From: the human T2T-CHM13v2.0 reference genome, Homo sapiens
Direction: 5' to 3' (one strand)
Assembly: GCF_009914755.1 (NCBI RefSeq)
Contig: NC_060948.1
DNA length: 64,000 nucleotides
Made by a program: the position numbers and the translations under genes. The notes beneath the pieces were generated by a model. The model saw nothing but the letters and a program-made list of their open reading frames with translations. It ran no database searches and had not been told where the DNA came from. Below, in pieces: positions 12,801 to 27,800 of the stretch. Every line of letters begins with the position of its first letter. Position 1 is the stretch's first letter.

Positions 12801-15800
12801 TGGAATGGAATGGAATGCATTGGAATGGAATGTCCTCTAATGGAATGGATTCGAGTGGAATGGAATCGAATATAATGGAGTCGAATGAAATGGAATTGAA
12901 AGGAATGGGATCGAATACAATGGAATATACTGGAATGTAATGTAATGAACTCGAATGTAATTGACTGGAATGGAATGTACATGAATGGAATGTAATCGAA
13001 TGGAAAGTAATCCAATGGAATAGAATCTAATGCAATAAAATCGACTCAGATAGAGTAGAATGTAATGGAATGGAGTGCAGTGCAATGGAATGGAATGGAA
13101 TGGAATGCAATGGAATGGAATGCAATGGAATGGAATGGAATTGAATGGGATGGAATGGTATGGAATGGACAGTAATGGACTGGAGTGAAATGGACTGCAA
13201 AGGAATGGACTCAAATTGAAAGGGCTCGAAAGGAATGGAGACAAATGGAATGGTCTGGAATGGAATGAACACGAATGTAATGCAATCCAATAGAATGGAG
13301 TCGAATGGCATGGAATATAAAGAAATGGAATCGAAGAGAATGGAAACAAATGGAATGGAATTGAATGGAATGGAATTGAATGGAATGGGAAAGAATGGAG
13401 TGAAATTGTATGCAGTAGAAGAGAATAGAATGGAATGCAAGCGAAAGGAAAGGAATGGATTGGAATGGAATGGAATTCATTGGAATGGAAGGGAATGTAG
13501 TGTAATGGACAGGCCTGGAATAAAGTGGAATGCTACGGTCTCGAATGGAATAAAAATGTATGGAATGGAATGCAATGAAACGGAATCGAATGTCATAGAA
13601 TGTAATGGAATGCAAAAAAATGGAATCCAAAATCATTGACTGGAAAGGCTGGGTGTCGAAAGGAATTGACTCCAATGGAATGGAATCGAATGGAATGGAA
13701 GTGAATAGAATCGAACTAAATCGAATGGAATGGAATTGATAGGAACGGAATGGAAAGGAATGCAATGATTTGGCATGGAATGGAATCGAATGGCATCGAA
13801 TGGAATGGAATGGAATGCAATGGAATGGAATGTATTAGAATGTAATGAACTTTAATGGAATGTACTCGAATGGATTCGACTGGAATGGAATGTTGTGGAA
13901 GTGAATGGACTCCAATGGAATGGATTCAAAAGGAATGGAATCGTACGGAATGGAATCTAATGGAATGGAATTAAATGGAAATGAATCAAATTGAATAGCA
14001 CGGAATTGAATTGAATGGAATGGAATGCAATGGAATCTAATGAAACGGAAAGGAAAGGAATGGAATGGAATGGAATGGGCTGGAATGGAAAGGAATCGAA
14101 ACGAATGGAATGGAATCGAACTGAAGAGACTGGAATGGAATGCACTGGAATGGAAGGGAGTGTAATGGAAGGTTCTCGAAAAAAATGGAATCGAATGGAA
14201 TGGAATTGAATGGAACGGAATAGAGTCGAATGGAATTGAATGGAATGGAATGGACTAGAGTGAAATGGAATCGAACCACAAGGAATGGACAGGAATAGAA
14301 TGGTCTCGAATTGAATGGAATCGTATGGAATGGCATCAAACGGAATGGAATGGACAGCCACGGAATGGAATGCACTCGAATGCAATGGAGTCGAAACTAA
14401 TGGACTGGAATAGAATGGACTCGACTGGTACGGACTCCAATGGAATGGAATCGAATGGAAGGGAATCGAACGGAATGGACTCGAAGGGAAAAGACTGCAA
14501 TGGAAAGGTCTCGAATGGAATGGAAATTAATGGAATGGAATGGAATCGAATGAAATGGAGTCAAAAGGAATGGAATCGAATGGCAAGAAATCGAATGTAA
14601 TGGAATCGCAAGGAATTGATGTGAACGGAACGGAATGGAATGGAATCCAAAGGAATGGAATAGAATGGAATGGAATCGAATGGAAAGGACTCGAATGGAA
14701 ATCACTCGAATAGAATGCAATTTAATAAAATAGGATCAAATGTAATGGAATGGAATGGAAAGGAATCGAAACGAAAGGAATGGAGACAGATGGAATGGAA
14801 TGGAACAGAGAGCAATGGTATAGAATGGAATGGAATCATCTGGAATGGAATTGAATGGAATGGAATAATATGAAATGGAATGGAATGGAATGGAATGGAA
14901 TGCCCTTGAATTAAATGGACTGGAATGGAATGGACTCGAACAGAGTGGAATGGAAAGTGTTGAGATAGAATGGAATGGACTCCTTTGGAATGGTGTAGTA
15001 TGCAATGCAATCGACTGGCAGGGAATCAAAAGGAATGTAATGGAATGGATTGGACTGGAAAGCAATGGACTCGAATAGATTGGAAACGGAATGCAAAGGA
15101 ATGGAATGGAATAGTATGGAATGGAATGGAAAGGAATGGAGTGGAATAGACTAGAGTGGAATGGAATGGACTGGAAAGCAATGGACTGGAATGGAACTTT
15201 CTTGAATGGACTGGAATCAAACGGAATGGAATGCAATGCATTCAAATTGCATGGAATAAAATAGAATGAAAGAGAATGAAATGGAATTGAATCGAATGGA
15301 ATCGAATGGATTGGAAAGGAATAGAATGGAATGGAATGGAATTGACTCAAATGGAATGGACTAGAATGGAATGGATTCGAATGGAAGGCAAAGGAATGGA
15401 ATCTATTGGAATGGACTGTAATGGAATGGAATGGAAGGGATTGGAATGGACTCGAATGGAATGGACTGCAATAGAAAGGATTCGAATGGAATGAAAAAGA
15501 ATTGAATGGAATAGAACAGAATGGAATCAAATCGAATGAAATGGAATGGAATAGAAAGGAATGGAATGAAATGGAATGGAAAGGATTCGAATGGAATGCA
15601 ATCGAATGGAATGGAATCGAACGGAATGGAATAAAATGGAAGAAAACTGGCAAGAAATGGAATCGAAATGAATGGAGTGTTATGGAACGGACTCAAAAGG
15701 AATTGAATGTAATAGAATGGAGTGGAGTGGACTCGAATATAATGGACTGGAATGGAATGAAATCACATGGAATGGGAACGAATGGAATGGAATGGATAGG

Positions 15801-18800
15801 AATGGAATCGAATGGAAAGGAATCGAATGGAAGGGAATGAAATTGAATCAACAGGAATGGAAGGGAATAGAATAGACGGTAATGGAATGGACTCGAATAG
15901 AATGGACACGAATGCTCAAATTGAATGGACTCGAATGGAATGGAAACGAAAGGAATGTCATCGAATGGAATTGAATCGATTGGAATGAAATCGCATAGAA
16001 TGGAGTGGAATCAAATGGAATTGAATCGAAAGGAAAGGAAGCGAATGGACTGAAACGAAATGGAATGGAATTGAATGGAAAGTAATGCAATGGAATAGAA
16101 TGGAACGAAATTTCACGGAATGGAATCAAACTGAATGGAATCAAATCAATGGAATCCAATCAAATGGAATGGAGTAGATTGGATTGGATGGGATTGGAAT
16201 GAAATGTACTGGAAAGGACTCGAATTTCATGAAACGAAATGGAATGAATTGGAACGGAATGGACTCGAATGGAATGGAATGTCATAGAATGGCATCAAAT
16301 GGAATGGCATCAAATGGAATGGAATCGAATGCAATGGAATGCTATGGAATGGAATGGAATGCATTGGAATGGAATGTCCTCTAATGGAATGGATTCGAGT
16401 GGAATGGAATCGAATATAATGGAGTCGAATGAAATGGAATTGAAAGGAATGGGATCGAATACAATGGAATATACTGGAATGTAATGTAATGAACTCGAAT
16501 GTAATTGACTGGAATGGAATGTACATGAATGGAATGTAATCGAATGGAAAGTAATCCAATGGAATAGAATCTAATGCAATAAAATCGACTCAGATAGAGT
16601 AGAATGTAATGGAATGGAGTGCAGTGCAATGGAATGGAATGGAATGGAATGCAATGGAATGGAATGGAATGGAATGGAATGGAATGGAATGGAATGGGAT
16701 GGAATGGTATGGAATGGATAGTAATGGACTGGAGTGAAATGGACTGGAAAGGAATGGACTCAAATTGAAAGGGCTCGAAAGGAATGGAGTCAAATGGAAT
16801 GGTCTGGAATGGAATGAACACGAATGTAATGCAATCCAATAGAATGGAATCGAATGGCATGGAATATAAAGAAATGGAATCGAAGAGAATGGAAACAAAT
16901 GGAATGGAATTGAATGGAATGGAATTGAATGGAATGGGAACGAATGGAGTGAAATTGTATGCAGTAGAAGAGAATAGAATGGAATGCAAGTGAAAGGAAA
17001 GGAATGGATTGGAATGGAATGGAATTCATTGGAATGGAAGGGAATGTAGTGTAATGGACAGGCCTGGAATAAAGTGGAATGCTACGGTCTCGAATGGAAT
17101 AAAAATGTATGGAATGGAATGCAATGAAACGGAATCGAATGTCATAGAATGTAATGGAATGCAAAAAAATGGAATCCAAAATCATTGACTGGAAAGGCTG
17201 GGTGTCGAAAGGAATTGACTCCAATGGAATGGAATCGAATGGAATGGAAGTGAATAGAATCGAACTAAATCGAATGGAATGGAATTGATAGGAACGGAAT
17301 GGAAAGGAATGCAATGATTTGGCATGGAATGGAATCGAATGGCATCGAATGGAATGGAATGGAATGCAATGGAATGGAATGTATTAGAATGTAATGAACT
17401 TTAATGGAATGTACTCGAATGGATTCGACTGGAATGGAATGTTCTGGAAGTGAATGGACTCCAATGGAATGGATTCAAAAGGAATGGAATCGTACGGAAT
17501 GGAATCTAATGGAATGGAATTAAATGGAAATGAATCAAATTGAATAGCACGGAATTGAATTGAATGGAATGGAATGCAATGGAATCTAATGAAACGGAAA
17601 GGAAAGGAATGGAATGGAATGGAATGGGATGGAATGGAAAGGAATTGAAACGAATGGAATGGAATCGAACTGAAGAGACTGGAATGGAATGCACTGGAAT
17701 GGAAGGGAGTGTAATGGAAGGTTCTCGAAAAAAATGGAATCGAATGGAATGGAATTGAATGGAACGGAATAGAGTCGAATGGAATTGAATGGAATGGAAT
17801 GGACTAGAGTGAAATGGAATCGAACCACAAGGAATGGACAGGAATAGAATGTTCTCGAATTGAATGGAATCGTATGGAATGGCATCAAACGGAATGGAAT
17901 GGACAGCCACGGAATGGAATGCACTCGAATGCAATGGAGTCGAAACTAATGGACTGGAATAGAATGGACTCGACTGGTACGGACTCCAATGGAATGGAAT
18001 CGAATGGAAGGGAATCGAACGGAATGGACTCGAAGGGAAAAGACTGCAATGGAAAGGTCTGGAATGGAATGGAAATTAATGGAATGGAATGGAATCGAAT
18101 GAAATGGAGTCAAAAGGAATGGAATCGAATGGCAAGAAATCGAATGTAATGGAATCGCAAGGAATTGATGTGAACGGAACGGAATGGAATGGAATCCAAA
18201 GGAATGGAATAGAATGGAATGGAATCGAATGGAAAGGACTCGAATGGAAATCACTCGAATAGAATGCAATTTAATAAAATAGGATCAAATGTAATGGAAT
18301 GGAATGGAAAGGAATCGAAACGAAAGGAATGGAGACAGATGGAATGGAATGGAACAGAGAGCAATGGTATAGAAAGGAATGGAATCATCTGGAATGGAAT
18401 TGAATGGAATGGAATAATATGAAATGGAATGGAATGGAATGGAATGCCCTTGAATTAAATGGACTGGAATGGAATGGACTCGAACAGAGTGGAATGGAAA
18501 GTGTTGAGATAGAATGGAATGGACTCGTTTGGAATGGTCTAGTAGGCAATGCAATCGACTGGCAGGGAATCAAAAGGAATGTAATGGAATGGATTGGACT
18601 GGAATGCAATGGACTCGAATAGATTGGAAACGGAATGCAAAGGAATGGAATGGAATAGTACGGAATGGAATGGAAAGGAATGGAGTGGAATAGACTAGAG
18701 TGGAATGGAATGGACTCGAAAGCAATGGACTGGAATGCAACTTTCTTGAATGGACTGGAATCAAACGGAATGGAATGCAATGCAATCAAATGGCGTGGAA

Positions 18801-21800
18801 TAAAATAGAATGAAAGAGAATCAAATGGAATTGAATCGAATGGAATCGAATGGATTGGAAAGGAATAGAATGGAATGGAATGGAATTGACTCAAATGGAA
18901 TGGACTAGAATGGAATGGATTCGAATGGAAGGCAAAGGAATGGAATCTATTGGAATGGACTGTAATGGAATGGAATGGAAGGGATTGGAATGGACTCGAA
19001 TGGAATGGACTGCAATAGAAAGGATTCGAATGGAATGAAAAAGAATTGAATGGAATAGAACAGAATGGAATCAAATCGAATGAAATGGAATGGAATAGAA
19101 AGGAATGGAATGAAATGGAATGGAAAGGATTCGAATGGAATGCAATCGAATGGAATGGAATCGAACGGAATGGAATAAAATGGAAGAAAACTGGCAAGAA
19201 ATGGAATCGAAATGAATGGAGTGTTATGGAACGGACTCAAAAGGAATTGAATGTAATAGAATGGAGTGGAGTGGACTCGAATATAATGGACTGGAATGGA
19301 ATGAAATCACATGGAATGGGAACGAATGGAATGGAATGGAAAGGAATGGAATCGAATGGAAAGGAATCGAATGGAAGGGAATGAAATTGAATCAACAGGA
19401 ATGGAAGGGAATAGAATAGACGGTAATGGAATGGACTCGAATAGAATGGACACGAATGCTGAAATGGAATGGACTCGAATGGAATGGAAACGAAAGGAAT
19501 GTCATCGAATGGAATTGAATCGATTGGAATGAAATCGCATAGAATGGAGTGGAATCAAATGGAATTGAATCGAAAGGAAAGGAAGCGAATGGACTGAAAT
19601 GAAATGGAATGGAATTGAATGGAAAGTAATGCAATGGAATAGAATGGAACGAAATTTCACAGAATGGAATCAAACTGAATGGAATCAAACCAATGGAATC
19701 AAATCAAATGGAATGGAAAGGAATTGAATGGAGTAGATTGGATTGGATGGGATTGGAATGAAATGTACTGGAAAGGACTCGAATTTCATGAAACGGAATG
19801 GAATGAATTGGAACGGAACGGACTCGAATGGAATGGAATGTCATGGAATGGCATCAAATGGAATGGCATCAAATGGAATGGAATCGAATGCAATGGAATG
19901 CTATGGAATGGAATGGAATGCATTGGAATGGAATGTCCTCTAATGGAATGGATTCGAGTGGAATGGAATCGAATATAATGGAGTCGAATGAAATGGAATT
20001 GAAAGGAATGGGATCGAATACAATGGAATATACTGGAATGTAATGTAATGAACTCGAATGTAATTGACTGGAATGGAATGTACATGAATGGAATGTAATC
20101 GAATGGAAAGTAATCCAATGGAATAGAATCTAATGCAATAAAATCGACTCAGATAGAGTAGAATGTAATGGGATGGAGTGCAGTGCAATGGAATGGAATG
20201 GAATGGAATGCAATGGAATGGAATGGAATGGAATGCAATGGAATGGAATGGAATGGAATGGAATGGAATGGGATGGAATGGTATGGAATGGATAGTAATG
20301 GACTGGAGTGAAATGGACTGGAAAGGAATGGACTCAAATTGAAAGGGCTCGAAAGGAATGGAGTCAAATGGAATGATCTGGAATGGAATGAACACGAAAG
20401 TAATGCAATCCAATAGAATGGAATCGAATGGCATGGAATATAATGAAATGGAATCGAAGAGAATGGAAACAAATGGAATGGAATTGAATGGAATGGAATT
20501 GAATGGAATGGGAACGAATGGAGTGAAATTGTATGCAGTAGAAGGGAATAGAATGGAATGCAAGCGAAAGGAAAGGAATGGATTGGAATGGAATGGAATT
20601 CATTGGAATGGAAGGGAATGTAGTGTAATGGACAGGCCTGGAATAAAGTGGAATGCTACGGTCTCGAGTGGAATAAAAATGTATGGAATGGAATGCAATG
20701 AAACGGAATCGAATGTCATAGAATGTAATGGAATGCAAAAAAATGGAATCCAAAATCATTGACTGGAAAGGCTGGGTGTCGAAAGGAATTGACTCCAATG
20801 GAATGGAATCGAATGGAATGGAAGTGAATAGAATCGAACTAAATCGAATGGAATGGAATTGATAGGAACGGAATGGAAAGGAATGCAATGATTTGGCACG
20901 GAATGGAATCGAATGGCATCGAATGGAATGGAATGGAATGCAATGGAATGGAACGTATTAGAATGTAATGAACTTTAATGGAATGTACTCGAATGGAATC
21001 GACTGGAATGGAATGTTCTGGAAGTGAATGGACTCCAATGGAATGGATACAAAAGGAATGGAATCGTACGGAATGGAATCTAATGGAATGGAATTAAATG
21101 GAAATGAATCAAATTGAATAGCATGGAATTGAATTGAATGGAATCAAATGCAATGGAATCTAATGAAACGGAAAGGAAAGGAATGGAATGGAATGGAATG
21201 GGCTGGAATGGAAAGGAATCGAAACGAATGGAATGGAATCGAATTGACGAGACTGGAATGGAATGCACTGGAATGGAAGGGAGTGTAATGGAAGGTTCTC
21301 GAAAAAAATGGAATCGAATGGAATGGAATTGAATGGAACGGAATAGAGTCGAATGGAATTGAATAGAATGGAATGGACTAGAGTGAAATGGAATCGAACC
21401 ACAAGGAATGGACAGGAATAGAATGGTCTCGAATTGAATGGAATCGTATGGAATGGCATCAAACGGAATGGAATGGACAGCCACGGAATGGAATGCACTC
21501 GAATGCAATGGAGTCGAAACTAATGGACTGGAATAGAATGGACTCGACAGGTACGGACTCCAATGGAATGGAATCGAATGGAAGGGAATCGAACGGAATG
21601 GACTCGAAGGGAAAAGACTGCAATGGAAAGGTCTCGAATGGAATGGAAATTAATGGAATGGAATGGAATCGAATGAAATGGAGTCAAAAGGAATGGAATC
21701 GAATGGCAAGAAATCGAATGTAATGGAATCGCAAGGAATTGATGTGAACGGAACGAAATGGAATGGAATCCAAAGGAATGGAATAGAATGGAATGGAATC

Positions 21801-24800
21801 GAATGGAAAGGACTCGAATGGAAATCACTCGAATAGAATGCAATTTAATAAAATAGGATCAAATGTAATGGAATGGAATGGAAAGGAATCGAAACGAAAG
21901 GAATGGAGACAGATGGAATGGAATGGAACAGAGAGCAATGGTATAGAATGGAATGGAATCATCTGGAATGGAATTGAATGGAATGGAATAATATGAAATG
22001 GAATGGAATGGAATGGAATGGAATGCCCTTGAATTAAATGGACTGGAATGGAATGGACTCGAACAGAGTGGAATGGAAAGTGTTGAGATAGAATAGAATG
22101 GACTCGTTTGGAATGGTCTAGTATGCAATGCAATCGACTGGCAGGGAATCAAAAGGAATGTAATGGAATGGATTGGACAGGAATGAAATGGACTCGAATA
22201 GATTGGAAACGGAATGCAAAGGAATGGAATGGAATAGTATGGAATGGAATGGAAAGGAATGGAGTGCAATAGACTAGACTGGAATGGAATGGACTGGAAA
22301 GCAATGGACTGGAATGGAACTTTCTTGAATGGACTGGAATCAAACGGAATGGAATGCAATGCAATCAAATGGCATGGAATAAAATAGAATGAAAGAGAAT
22401 CAAATGGAATTGAATCGAATGGAATCGAATGGATTGGAAAGGAATAGAATGGAATGGAATGGAATTGACTCAAATGGAATGGACTAGAATGGAATGGATT
22501 CGAATGGAAGGCAAAGGAATGGAATCTATTGGAATGGACTGTAATGGAATGGAATGGAAGGGATTGGAATGGACTCGAATGGAATGGACTGCAATAGAAA
22601 GGATTCGAATGGAATGAAAAAGAATTGAATGGAATAGAACAGAATGGAATCAAATCGAATGAAATGGAATGGAATAGAAAGGAATGGAATGAAATGGAAT
22701 GGAAAGGATTCGAATGGAATGCAATCGAATGGAATGGAATCGAACGGAATGGAATAAAATGGAAGAAAACTGGCAAGAAATGGAATCGAAATGAATGGAG
22801 TGTTATGGAACGGACTCAAAAGGAATTGAATGTAATAGAATGGAGTGGAGTGGACTCGAATATAATGGACTGGAATGGAATGAAATCACATGGAATGGGA
22901 ACGAATGGAATGGAATGGAAAGGAATGGAATCGAATGGAAAGGAATCGAATGGAAGGGAATGAAATTGAATCAACAGGAATGGAAGGGAATAGAATAGAC
23001 TGTAATGGAATGGACTCGAATAGAATGGACACGAATGCTGAAATTGAATGGACTCGAATGCAATGGAAACGAAAGGAATGTCATCGAATGGAATTGAATC
23101 GATTGGAATGAAATCGCATAGAATGGAGTGGAATCAAATGGAATTGAATCGAAAGGAAAGGAAGCGAATGGACTGAAATGAAATGGAATGGAATTGAATG
23201 GAAAGTAATGCAATGGAATAGAATGGAACGAAATTTCACAGAATGGAATCAAACTGAATGGAATCAAACCAAAGGAATCAAATCAAATGGAATGGAAAGG
23301 AATTGAATGGAGTAGATTGGATTGGATGGGATTGGAATGAAATGTACTGGAAAGGACTCGAATTTCATGAAACGAAATGGAATGAATTGGAACGGAACGG
23401 ACTCGAATGGAATGGAATGTCATGGAATGGCATCAAATGGAATGGCATCAAATGGAATGGAATCGAATGCAATGGAATGCTATGGAATGGAATGGAATGT
23501 ATTTTAATGGAATGTCCTCTAATGGAATGGATTCGAGTGGAATGGAATCGAATATAATGGAGTCGAATGAAATGGAATTGAAAGGAATGGGATCGAATAC
23601 AATGGAATATACTGGAATGTAATGTAATGAACTCGAATGTAATTGACTGGAATGGAATGTACATGAATGGAATGTAATCGAATGGAAAGTAATCCAATGG
23701 AATAGAATCTAATGCAATAAAATCGACTCAGATAGAGTAGAATGTAATGGAATGGAGTGCAGTGCAATGGAATGGAATGGAATGGAATGCAATGGAATGG
23801 AATGGAATGGAATGGAATGGAATGGTGTGGAATGGATAGTAATGGACTGGAGTGAAATGGACTGGAAAGGAATGGACTCAAATTGAATGGGCTCGAAAGG
23901 AATGGAGTCAAATGGAATGGTCTGGAATGGAATGAACACGAATGTAATGCAATCCAATAGAATGGAATCGAATGGCATGGAATATAAAGAAATGGAATCG
24001 AAGAGAATGGAAACAAATGGAATGGAATTGAGTGGAATGGAATTGAATGGAATGGGAACGAATGGAGTGAAATTGTATGCAGTAGAAGAGAATAGAATGG
24101 AATGCAAGCGAAAGGAAAGGAATGGATTGGAATGGAATGGAATTCATTGGAATGGAAGGGAATGTAGTGTAATGGACAGGCCTGGAATAAAGTGGAATGC
24201 TACGGTCTCGAATGGAATAAAAATGTATGGAATGGAATGCAATGAAATGGAATCGAATGTCATAGAATGTAATGGAATGCAAAAAAATGGACTCCAAAAT
24301 CATTGACTGGAAAGGCTGGGTGTCGAAAGGAATTGACTCCAATGGAATGGAATCGAATGGAATGGAAGTGAATAGAATCGAACTAAATCGAATGGAATGG
24401 AATTGATAGGAACGGAATGGAAAGGAATGCAATGATTTGGCATGGAATGGAATCGAATGGCATCGAATGGAATGGAATGGAATGCAATGGAATGGAATGT
24501 ATTAGAATGGAATGAACTTTAATGGAATGTACTCGAATGGATTCGACTGGAATGGAATGTTCTGGAAGTGAATGGACTCCAATGGAATGGATTCAAAAGG
24601 AATGGAATCGTACGGAATGGAATCTAATGGAATGGAATTAAATGGAAATGAATCAAATTGAATAGCACGGAATTGAATTGAATGGAATGGAATGCAATGG
24701 AATCTAATGAAACGGAAAGGAAAGGAATGGAATGGAATGGAATGGGCTGGAATGGAAAGGAATCGAAACGAATGGAATGGAATCGAACTGAAGAGACTGG

Positions 24801-27800
24801 AATGGAATGCACTGGAATGGAAGGGAGTGTAATGGAAGGTTCTCGAAAAAAATGGAATGGAATGGAATGGAATTGAATGGAACGGAATAGAGTCGAATGG
24901 AATTGAATGCAATGGAATGGACTAGAGTGAAATGGAATCGAACAACAAGGAATGGACAGGAATAGAATGGTCTCGAATTGAATGGAATCGTATGGAATGG
25001 CATCAAACGGAATGGAATGGACAGCCACGGAATGGAATGCACTCGAATGCAATGGAGTCGAAACTAATGGACTGGAATAGAATGGACTCGACTGGTATGG
25101 ACTCCAATGGAATGGAATCGAATGGAAGGGAATCGAACGGAATGGACTCGAAGGGACAAGACTGCAATGGAAAGGTCTCGAATGGAATGGAAATTAATGG
25201 AATGGAATGGAATCGAATGAAATGGAGTCAAAAGGAATGGAATCGAATGGCAAGAAATCGAATGTAATGGAATCGCAAGGAATTGATGTGAACGGAACGG
25301 AATGGAATGGAATCCAAAGGAATGGAATAGAATGGAATGGAATCGAATGGAAAGGACTCGAATGGAAATCACTCGAATAGAATGCAATTTAATAAAATAG
25401 GATCAAATGTAATGGAATGGAATGGAAAGGAATCGAAACGAAAGGAATGGAGACAGATGGAATGGAATGGAACAGAGAGCAATGGTATAGAATGGAATGG
25501 AATCATCTGGAATGGAATTGAATGGAATGGAATAATATGAAATGGAATGGAATGGAATGGAATGGAATGCCCTTGAATTAAATGGACTGGAATGGAATGG
25601 ACTCGAACAGAGTGGAATGGAAAGTGTTGAGATAGAATGGAATGGACTCCTTTGGAATGGTCTAGTATGCAATGCAATCGACTGGTAGGGAATCAAAAGG
25701 AATGTAATCGAATGGATTGGACTGGAATGCAATGGACTCGAATAGATTGGAAACGGAATGCAAAGGAATGGAATGGAATAGTATGTAATGGAATGGAAAG
25801 GAATGGAGTGGAATAGACTAGAGTGGAATGGAATGGACTGGAAAGCAATGGACTGGAATGGAACTTTCTTGAATGGACTGGAATCAAACGGAATGGAATG
25901 CAATGCAATCAAATGGCATGGAATAAAATAGAATGAAAGAGAATCAAATGGAATTGAATCGAATGGAATCGAATGGATTGGAAAGGAATAGAATGGAATG
26001 GAATGGAATTGACTCAAATGGAATGGACTAGAATGGAATGGATTCGAATGGAAGGCAAAGGAATGGAATCTATTGGAATGGACTGTAATGGAATGGAATG
26101 GAAGGGATTGGAATGGACTCGAATGGAATGGACTGCAATAGAAAGGATTCGAATGGAATGAAAAAGAATTGAATGGAATAGAACAGAATGGAATCAAATC
26201 GAATGAAATGGAATGGAATAGAAAGGAATGGAATGAAATGGAATGGAAAGGATTCGAATGGAATGCAATCGAATGGAATGGAATCGAACGGAATGGAATA
26301 AAATGGAAGAAAACTGGCAAGAAATGGAATCGAAATGAATGGAGTGTTATGGAACGGACTCAAAAGGAATTGAATGTAATAGAATGGAGTGGAGTGGACT
26401 CGAATATAATGGACTGGAATGGAATGAAATCACATGGAATGGGAACGAATGGAATGGAATGGAAAGGAATGGAATCGAATGGAAAGGAATCGAATGGAAG
26501 GGAATGAAATTGAATCAACAGGAATGGAAGGGAATTGAATAGACGGTAATGGAATGGAATCGAATAGAATGGACACGAATGCTCAAATTGAATGGACTCG
26601 AATGGAATGGAAACGAAAGGAATGTCATCGAATGGAATTGAATCGATTGGAATGAAATCGCATAGAATGGAGTGGAATCAAATGGAATTGAATCGAAAGG
26701 AAAGGAAGCGAATGGACTGAAATGAAATGGAATGGAATTGAATGGAAAGTAATGCAATGGAATAGAATGGAATGAAATTTCACGGAATGGAATCAAACTG
26801 AATGGAATCAAATCAATGGAATCTAATCAAATGGAATGGAAAGGAATTGAATGGAGTAGATTGGATTGGATGGGATTGGAATGAAATGTACTGGAAAGGA
26901 CTCGAATTTCATGAAACGGAATGGAATGAATTGGAACGGAATGGACTCGAATGGAATGGAATGTCATGGAATGGCATCAAATGGAATGGCATCAAATGGA
27001 ATGGAATCGAATGCAATGGAATGCTATGGAATGGAATGGAATGCATTGGAATGGAATGTCCTCTAATGGAATGGATTCGAGTGGAATGGAATCGAATATA
27101 ATGGAGTCGAATGAAATGGAATTGAAAGGAATGGGATCGAATAGAATGGAATATACTGAAATGTAATGTAATGAACTCGAATGTAATTGACTGGAATGGA
27201 ATGTACATGAATGGAATGTAATCGAATGGAAAGTAATCCAATGGAATAGAATCTAATGCAATAAAACCGACTCAGATAGAGTAGAATGTAATGGAATGGA
27301 GTGCAGTGCAATGGAATGGAATGGAATTGAATGCAATGGAATGGAATGGAATGGAATGGAATGGAATGGAATGGAATGGAATGGAATGGAATGGGATGGA
27401 ATGGTATGGAATGGATAGTAATGGACTGGAGTGAAATGGACTGGAAAGGAATTGACTCAAATTGAAATTGCTCGAAAGGAATGGAGTCAAATGGAATGGT
27501 CTGGAATGGAATGAACACGAATGTAATGCAATGCAATAGAATGGAAACGAATGGCATGGAATATAAAGAAATGGAATCGAAGAGAATGGAAACAAATGGA
27601 ATGGAATTGAATGGAATGGAATTGAATGGAATGGGAACGAATGGAGTGAAATTGTATGCAGTAGAAGGGAATAGAATGGAATGCAAGCGAAAGGAAAGGA
27701 ATGGATTGGAATGGAATGGAATTCATTGGAATGGAAGGGAATGTAGTGTAATGGACAGGCCTGGAATAAAGTGGAATGCTACGGTCTCGAATGGAATAAA

